From sequence record NC_048045.1: a stretch of 64,000 nucleotides of DNA. One strand, written 5' to 3'. Below are positions 38,224 through 44,003 of the stretch, piece after piece. The position numbers and the translations under genes are program-made. The stretch's first letter is position 1, and each line of letters starts with the position of its first letter. The notes under the pieces are model-generated. The model was not told the origin of the DNA. It did not search any database and was given only the letters and a program-made list of their open reading frames with translations.

Positions 38224-38855
38224 CCCTCGACGAGGCGGTCTCCTGCTCCTAGCGCGTGCCCTCCAGCCTTTCCGAAGGCAATGCGCCGGATCGCTGAGCG
38301 TGGGAATCCAGAGCGAGGCAGCGCTCTGCTCCCCAAAGAGTGGGCCAAGCGGTGCGGGCGGAAAGGCTCAGGGTCCGTGGCTCCATCCAATGCGCAGGAG
38401 AGGCCGTGCTCCTTCTGACGCAGCGGGCGCCCGACGTTGCGGGTTGTGAGGCGGGACTGGCCGAGATGATCAACGGTCCGGGGCGGGAGGGGCTTGACCT
38501 CTCCCGCGTCCGCCTCTAGCGTAGCCAGACATTTAGGCGCAGCACTGCCCTAAGGATGCGGGTCAAGTTCGGGCCGGTCTAGGGCTTGGAAGTCTACCCT
38601 TGGAGCAGGACTGCCTCTGCGACTTGGACGGCCTGGGCGACGCACCCGACCCATGAGGCGAACGCCGGCCAAGACATGGCACTAGGCGTGACGGGGACCA
38701 GAGGTCCCGCCCATTCGCCGCGCCGGCGGCAGCAAAGCTCATTGAGCGGATGGTGGCACGGGCGCGAGCCCGATTTTGAGAGCCAGCGGAGAGCCACCTT
38801 CCTCCCTGGCCCGGCGACGACGAAAGCTGGGTGGCTGTAACCGCTCGTCTGAGGG
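38224..38855 (+). ncRNA. Large (about 630 nt) multidomain structured ncRNA, family unassigned
   Basis: 5'/3' ends complementary (38224-38239 with 38840-38855); 38241-38249 pairs with 38602-38610; many local hairpins; promoter before, terminator after, no credible ORF. Confidence 0.7.
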
Positions 38856-38881
38856 ATGCGTCCCCAAGATCATCAAGACGC

Positions 38882-38912
38882 AAAAGGCCCCGATCTCGCG
38901 ATCGGGGCCTTT
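38882..38912. terminator. Bidirectional intrinsic terminator
   Basis: AAAAGGCCCCGATC-TCGC-GATCGGGGCCTTT (GCGA loop on minus) between convergent RNAs. Confidence 0.8.
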
Positions 38913-38919
38913 CAAAATC

Positions 38920-39008
38920 TGGAGCTACGGGAGGGACTCGAACCCTCATAGGTGTCGCCACCAGCAGAGCTTTGCAGGCCCGCGCCTAACCTCTCGGACC
39001 ACCGTAGC
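38920..39008 (-). tRNA. tRNA-Cys(GCA) with long variable arm
   Basis: GCTACGG/CCGTAGC acceptor, CTGCAAA anticodon loop, GAGGG-TTCGAGT-CCCTC T-arm, U73 plus encoded CCA; 89 nt. Confidence 0.85.
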
Positions 39009-39009
39009 A

Positions 39010-39190
39010 AAATCAGGACTGGCGCCCGAAGGCCCAGCCCCGATCCCGACGATCCAAGGGAGGGCCATAGCTGTCCCAAGGAGCACCGTGACGGCGTGGC
39101 AGGCGACTGAAGCCGTCAAGTCGAAGGGCTTCCGGCGCCGGTCACCCTAACCTCCGGGCTCTTTCGAGCGCGAGTGAGGTCCTCCTACGC
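39010..39190 (-). ncRNA. Structured leader or ncRNA upstream of tRNA-Cys
   Basis: GCTC-GAAA-GAGC and GCC-TTCG-GGC tetraloop hairpins downstream of promoter 39196-39224. Confidence 0.4.
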
Positions 39191-39195
39191 CGATC

Positions 39196-39224
39196 CTTAT
39201 AGCGGAGCCTTCACGTGTCCGCAA
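39196..39224 (-). promoter_or_regulatory. Promoter for the minus-strand RNA unit
   Basis: TTGCGG-N17-TATAAG (GCTATAAG). Confidence 0.5.
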
Positions 39225-39256
39225 CGAAAAATGTGTCGTGAGCGACGACTTTTCTC

Positions 39257-39286
39257 TTGACAGTCCCGATTGGGCTCTGGTAGAGA
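39257..39286 (+). promoter_or_regulatory. Promoter for the tmRNA/tRNA unit
   Basis: TTGACA followed after 17-18 nt by GTAGAGA; start near 39290. Confidence 0.55.
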
Positions 39287-39289
39287 ACA

Positions 39290-39665
39290 GGCATCGTTGT
39301 AATTCGGACAACGGAAACGGCGGCAAGACAGGGGTGCGATTCCCCTCGCCTCCACCATGAGCCCCTGGCGCTGGGAGTACGCGACTCCTGGGCGGGGAGC
39401 GTTACCCCGACGGGATGCGTCCCGAGCAAAGGTGTAGCCAGGGTCTCATGATGGGGGCGATCAGTTTCGATTGGCGCATGTGACTGGAAGACGCAACGGT
39501 GGGTGACCTCCAGGCCAGCTTGCTGGTGATCGGGTCAGTGCAACAGAAATGTCGCATCGAACGACAACGACGTCGTGGCTTACGCCTCGGCTCGTGAAGC
39601 CATCGCCGCCTAATAAGCGGTAGAGGCGTGTCCCGGCGGACGCGCGTGTCACAAAAAGGCCCTGC
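39290..39665 (+). ncRNA. ssrA: tmRNA, circularly permuted two-piece type (acceptor piece to 39357; intervening segment 39358-39452; coding piece from 39453)
   Basis: T-arm AGGGG-TGCGATT-CCCCT plus CGCCTCCACCA precedes GGGGGCG (G3-U70 pair). Resume codon GCA at 39554; tag ASNDNDVVAYASAREAIAA then TAA TAA. Outer ends approximate. Confidence 0.88.
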
Positions 39666-39824
39666 ATCTACGGACCGGGGCCAGTCCGCCTCCCACCTTT
39701 CGCAGGTGGGATCGTCATCATCGCGTGTCTGTCGGAAACTTCACGTAACCATTGACGATCCCATCTCCGTAAGGTGGTCCCATTCTGGAGCGTGGTGTGA
39801 TATCCACGGGGACCACCACACAAA

Positions 39825-39903
39825 CGCGGGGTAGAGGAGTCCGGTTGTCCTCGTCTGGCTCATAACCAGGAGATCGGGGGTTCAAATCCCCCTCCCGCTC
39901 CCA
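39825..39903 (+). tRNA. tRNA-Met(CAT), initiator-like
   Basis: CGCGGGG 5' end with unpaired C1, CTCATAA loop, GGGGG-TTCAAAT-CCCCC, CCA. Confidence 0.85.
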
Positions 39904-40146
39904 ATGCGAACGCCGGCTATTGAGAACGAAGGCGTGACAGGCTCGGAGAGAACGAGCACTGCAATCCGGGCTATGAGGCCGTGATGTAGCGGACGTCGGC
40001 GAGATCAGACGTGACACCTGGAGAGACGGGACCAGTTTTCCAGGCCGCATGCTCGGCGCGCCGCGATCCGCCCTAGGGTCAAGCGTCAGGGGATGAGGCT
40101 AGTCTCCGGCTTCCGAGCTAGGGCATGCGGCTTGGAAAGCTGGTTT
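39904..40146 (+). ncRNA. Structured inter-tRNA RNA(s)
   Basis: 23-bp continuous stem 40031-40053/40122-40144; modules shared with the large ncRNA. Confidence 0.5.
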
Positions 40147-40233
40147 GGTACGGTGGCTCGACAGGTAAGGCATCGGCCTCATAAGCCGAGGGACTAGCTC
40201 CCGATCCTGGTTCAAATCCAGGTCGTACCTCCA
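40147..40233 (+). tRNA. tRNA with CAT anticodon (Met/Ile2) and long variable arm
   Basis: GGTACGG/TCGTACC acceptor, TCGGC-CTCATAA-GCCGA, V-arm GGGA-CTAGC-TCCC, CCTGG-TTCAAAT-CCAGG, U73-CCA; 87 nt. Confidence 0.82.
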
Positions 40234-40240
40234 AAAATCA

Positions 40241-40272
40241 GACGGCCGCCGGGGCGATCCGGCGGCCGTTTT
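40241..40272 (+). terminator. Intrinsic terminator, GCGA loop
   Basis: GACGGCCGCCGGG-GCGA-TCCGGCGGCCGTTTT. Confidence 0.75.
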
Positions 40273-40274
40273 GC

Positions 40275-40314
40275 TGTCGTGAATCTTGACACTCCGGGTT
40301 GAGCTAGGCATTAT
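40275..40314 (+). promoter_or_regulatory. Motif promoter of the cadherin-repeat gene
   Basis: TGTCGTGAATCTTGACA-N17-CATTAT. Confidence 0.7.
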
Positions 40315-40342
40315 GCCGCTTGACTTTCAGGAGATTTGTGTC

Positions 40343-43033
40343 GTGGCTCGATCCACTCGTTCCGTCGCGTTGGCGCGCGTCGTCACGCCCGCGCAACTGA
40401 AGCGCGATATCCGTATTCGTCGCGCGGACGAACTGGCTGGGCCGAGCGGCCCCAATGGCGTGGTCCTGATCGGGATCACCAACGACCGCGTCATGGAAAA
40501 CAGCGCGCCGGGCACGCCCGTGGGCGACATCTACACGATCCCGGCCGGCGCCGACATCGAACTCGTCACCACCGGCGGCAATCGCTTCGATCTCGTCGGC
40601 TCGACCCTGGTGGTGGGCACGACGCCCCTCGACCACGAGGCCACGCCCGTCGTCAACGTCCTGGTGCATGCCGAGTACGCGGGATCGACCCTGGAAACCA
40701 ACCTGCCGATCACCATCCTCAACGAGACCGAGGTGATCGGCGTCACGCTGTCGGCCAACACCGTCCTGGAAAACTCGGCGGCCGGCGTGACGATCGGGAC
40801 CTTGACCCCCAACCCGGCGGACGCGACGCTCCAGGTCGTCGGCCCCTACGCCGGCTATTTCACGGTCGCGGCCGGCAACATCCTGAAGACCGGGGCGACG
40901 CCGACCGACTACGAGACCGCACCCAACCTGACCGATCACTCCTACCCGGTGACGATCGCCGCCACCCGCCAGGGCGAGACGGCCAATTTCACCATCCCGG
41001 TCTTCGTCCTCAACCAAGTCGAGATCACCAACATCACCCTCTCGGCCAATCACATCGCCGAGGGCTCGGGTAGCGGCACGGTGGTGGGCGGCCTGACTTC
41101 CACGCCGTCGGGCGCGACCTTCTCGCTGGTCGACAACGCCGGCTCGCGCTTCGCCCTGGCCGGCAACAACGTCGTCGCCGGCAGCGTCGCCACCAACTAC
41201 GACACCGCTACCCAGCACGACATCACCGTGCGCGGCACGATCGGCAACGAGAGCCTCAACAAGACCTTTACGATCCTGGTCGACAACGTCAACTCGATCA
41301 GCGACATCACCTTGACGGGCGCGTCGGTCAACGAGAACACTGCCGCTGGCGTTACCGTCGGGACCTTCGCCACTGTCCCGCCCGGCCTGCCGCTGACCCT
41401 GTCCGACACGGCTGGAAACCGCTTCGCCCTGGTTGGAAACACGCTCCAGACGGGCGCGGTCGCGACCAACTACGAGGTCGCCCAGACCCACCAGATCACG
41501 GCCCAGGCGACGTTCGGCAGCGACACCCTGTCGAAGAACTTCACGATCACCGTGGTCGACGTCGACGAGATCAGCGACATCACGCTCTCGGCCAACACGG
41601 TGACCGAGAATACGGCCGCCGGCGTCACCGTCGGCGCCCTGACCTCGACGCCGTCGGGCGCGACCTTCTCGATCGTTTCCCAGACGCCGGCTGGAACCTA
41701 TTTCGCTGTCAACGGGACTAACCTCCAGACGGGGGCGACGCCGACCAACTACGAGGCCAATACCAGCCATTCGGTCACGATCCGGGGCACGCGTCAGAGC
41801 GAGACCTTCGACAAGACGTTCACGATCAACGTGTCCGACGTCGACGAGATCAACAACATCACCCTGTCGGCCACGTCCTTGAACGAGAACTCGCCGCAGG
41901 GCACCACCGTTGGTACACTGACGGCCGCGCCGATTGACACCGGGGTGACCTACTCGATCGTCTCCCAGACGCCGGCTGGCAACTATCTCCAGATCAGCAG
42001 CAACACCCTCCAGGCCGGATCGACCGCGACCAACTACGAGGCCAACACCAGCCACTCGGTCACGATCCGGGGCACGCGCCTGAGCGAGACCTTCGACAAG
42101 ACGTTCACGATCACCATCAACGATCTGGTCGAACTGAGCACCATCAGCCTGTCGGGCTCGTCGATCGACGAGAACTCGGGACCGGGCACGGGGGTGGGCA
42201 CGCTCTCGTCGTCGCCGGCCGGCGCGAGCTTCAGTCTGACGGACAACGCCGGCGGGCGGTTCGCCTTGACCGGTGGCGTGAACATCGTCGCAGGCTCCGT
42301 GGGCACGGATTATGAGGCCGCCCAGTCGCACCAAATCACCGTCCAAGGTACGCGCCTGGGCGAGACCAAGAGCCAGAGCTTCACCATCACCGTCAACGAC
42401 GTGAACGAAGCTCCGCCGGCGCCTGATCTGGACAGCTTCAGCCTGTCGGGCAACTCGCTACAAGAGAACTCGGCGCCGGGCACGCCAATCGGGACCTTCT
42501 CGTCTTCGCCGTCGGGGGCGAGCTATACGCTGACCGACAGCGCGGGCGGCCGGGTATCGCTGGCGGGCGCCAACCTCTCGGCGGGCTCGACCAACACCGA
42601 CTACGAGACCACGCCTTCGTTCTCGATCGGCGTCACCGCGACGCGCGGCGCGACCTCGATCCCGCAGAACTTCACGATCAACGTGGGCGACGTCTCGGAA
42701 GGCGGCGGCGGCGGAAGCCAGACCCTTTCCGTCTCGAAAAACGCCGGTAATCTGACCGGCTCGGCCGTTGGGGGTACGACCCCGCCCACTACCACCCAGA
42801 CCATCACCGCGACTGCCTCGGGCGGTACCGCTCCGTATAGCTATCAATGGGAATATGTGAGTGGCGATACGGGTTGCCTGCTCGCCAACGTTTCTGACCG
42901 TGAAGCCTACTGGTACCTCGCCAATGGTGATCGGCCGTCCAACCGCACGGCGATCTGGCGGTGTAAGGCCACCGACGCGATCGGGAACTACGGCTACACG
43001 TCGAACTCCCAGATCACGCTTACCTGGAGCTAA
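40343..43033 (+). CDS. Cadherin/Ig-like repeat protein (8 repeats), probable virion appendage
   Basis: AGGAG SD then GTG 40343; eight roughly 95-aa repeats ITLSxxxxxENxxxGxxVGxL...(N/D)YE...FTIxVxDV. Confidence 0.8.
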   Translation: MARSTRSVALARVVTPAQLKRDIRIRRADELAGPSGPNGVVLIGITNDRVMENSAPGTPVGDIYTIPAGADIELVTTGGNRFDLVGSTLVVGTTPLDHEATPVVNVLVHAEYAGSTLETNLPITILNETEVIGVTLSANTVLENSAAGVTIGTLTPNPADATLQVVGPYAGYFTVAAGNILKTGATPTDYETAPNLTDHSYPVTIAATRQGETANFTIPVFVLNQVEITNITLSANHIAEGSGSGTVVGGLTSTPSGATFSLVDNAGSRFALAGNNVVAGSVATNYDTATQHDITVRGTIGNESLNKTFTILVDNVNSISDITLTGASVNENTAAGVTVGTFATVPPGLPLTLSDTAGNRFALVGNTLQTGAVATNYEVAQTHQITAQATFGSDTLSKNFTITVVDVDEISDITLSANTVTENTAAGVTVGALTSTPSGATFSIVSQTPAGTYFAVNGTNLQTGATPTNYEANTSHSVTIRGTRQSETFDKTFTINVSDVDEINNITLSATSLNENSPQGTTVGTLTAAPIDTGVTYSIVSQTPAGNYLQISSNTLQAGSTATNYEANTSHSVTIRGTRLSETFDKTFTITINDLVELSTISLSGSSIDENSGPGTGVGTLSSSPAGASFSLTDNAGGRFALTGGVNIVAGSVGTDYEAAQSHQITVQGTRLGETKSQSFTITVNDVNEAPPAPDLDSFSLSGNSLQENSAPGTPIGTFSSSPSGASYTLTDSAGGRVSLAGANLSAGSTNTDYETTPSFSIGVTATRGATSIPQNFTINVGDVSEGGGGGSQTLSVSKNAGNLTGSAVGGTTPPTTTQTITATASGGTAPYSYQWEYVSGDTGCLLANVSDREAYWYLANGDRPSNRTAIWRCKATDAIGNYGYTSNSQITLTWS

Positions 43034-43143
43034 AGTCGACCGCCCAGCAGGTTCCAGACACTTTCGATGTGCTTGACCACCGCGTCTGATCTGCTACCCT
43101 GATCTCGGTAGGGTCCGCGTCCTTCCAGACAGCACTCAAAACC

Positions 43144-43175
43144 AAGCCGCCGAAGCCCTGCTTCGGCGGCTTTTC
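43144..43175. terminator. Bidirectional terminator
   Basis: AAGCCGCCGAAGC-CCT-GCTTCGGCGGCTTTT. Confidence 0.75.
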
Positions 43176-43527
43176 AGTTCTCGACGATCCGCAGTTTCCG
43201 GGCCGCGTCGGCGCGCTCCATCGCGGCGTATCGCGACACATCCTGGAGGTGGGCCTTGGCGATGAGGTCGGGCGCACCAACGGGCCGGAAGGGCACGGCT
43301 GGCGAGAGTTCGACATAGCGCCGCAGCAGCGGCTCGAACTCCAGGTCGCGGGCCTTGGCCAACCGCGACAGGGCGCCGGCGACGATGGCGACGACCAGGA
43401 CGGTGGCCGGCGTCTCCTTGGTCAGGTTCCAGACGCCGGGCAAGCTCTGACCCGGATGGAGGGGCTGACGCGCCACGTCGTCTGCGGCGGCGCGAAAGAT
43501 GTTCTCGTAGGGGACGCCATCATTCAT
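43174..43527 (-). CDS. Hypothetical protein
   Basis: ATG 43527; ends at the terminator. Confidence 0.5.
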   Translation of the reverse strand: MNDGVPYENIFRAAADDVARQPLHPGQSLPGVWNLTKETPATVLVVAIVAGALSRLAKARDLEFEPLLRRYVELSPAVPFRPVGAPDLIAKAHLQDVSRYAAMERADAARKLRIVEN

Positions 43528-43607
43528 GCGGGGCACATTACTCAAACCGAGCACTCTGTCTACCGCCTACCCCTGATAGTAGAAATGTCGATTTTACAAC
43601 ACAGGCG

Positions 43608-44003
43608 CTAAAGCCGCCCGCCGTAGTAATCGCGCCACATCCCTTCCCAGTATGTGATATGTTCCTCGGTGCAGGGCGGGCAGTACCGGCGGTCACGGTT
43701 GGGGTCCTCGCCCTTGCCGTCCCAGTGGTAGCAGGTCATCGAGCCCACCATGTCCAGGCGCCAGAACGTGCCGCAATGCTCGCACCCGCCCAGGGCGATG
43801 TTCTGCATCAGCCGGTGGCCGTTCCACCACGCCAGGGGCCGGCGCCAGAGTTCATAGACCAGCGCCGAGCGGATGCTCGGGTACTGGTGGAGCCCGACCT
43901 GGACGACCTTGCGCTGCCCGTTAGGCGCGACCAAGCCCCCGGCCCAGCGGTAGGCCGGTTCGTGGTAGACCTTGATCTTCGGGAGCCAGCGGCGCTTCTT
44001 CAC
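43608..44003 (-). CDS. Hypothetical protein with two CxxC pairs
   Basis: GTG overlapping the helicase TGA; GCEHCG and YCPPC. Confidence 0.55.
   Translation of the reverse strand: MKKRRWLPKIKVYHEPAYRWAGGLVAPNGQRKVVQVGLHQYPSIRSALVYELWRRPLAWWNGHRLMQNIALGGCEHCGTFWRLDMVGSMTCYHWDGKGEDPNRDRRYCPPCTEEHITYWEGMWRDYYGGRL

Noticed and set aside
38224-38855. RNase P RNA or group I/II intron as identity of the large RNA
   Set aside because: No GAGGAAAGUCC/CGGCUUA RNase P signature, no GUGYG start or domain V, and it interrupts no gene.
38920-39008. Selenocysteine tRNA or selC*-type 8/4 tRNA
   Set aside because: Anticodon is GCA, not TCA, and the acceptor/T stems are canonical 7/5.
38177-40311. Short ORFs of 60-130 aa in the RNA island
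   Set aside because: No SD, atypical codon usage, and they overlap tRNA/tmRNA structures.
40286-40342. Earlier starts (TTG 40286, ATG 40313) for the cadherin gene
   Set aside because: They overlap the -35/-10 of the predicted promoter; GTG 40343 has an AGGAG SD.
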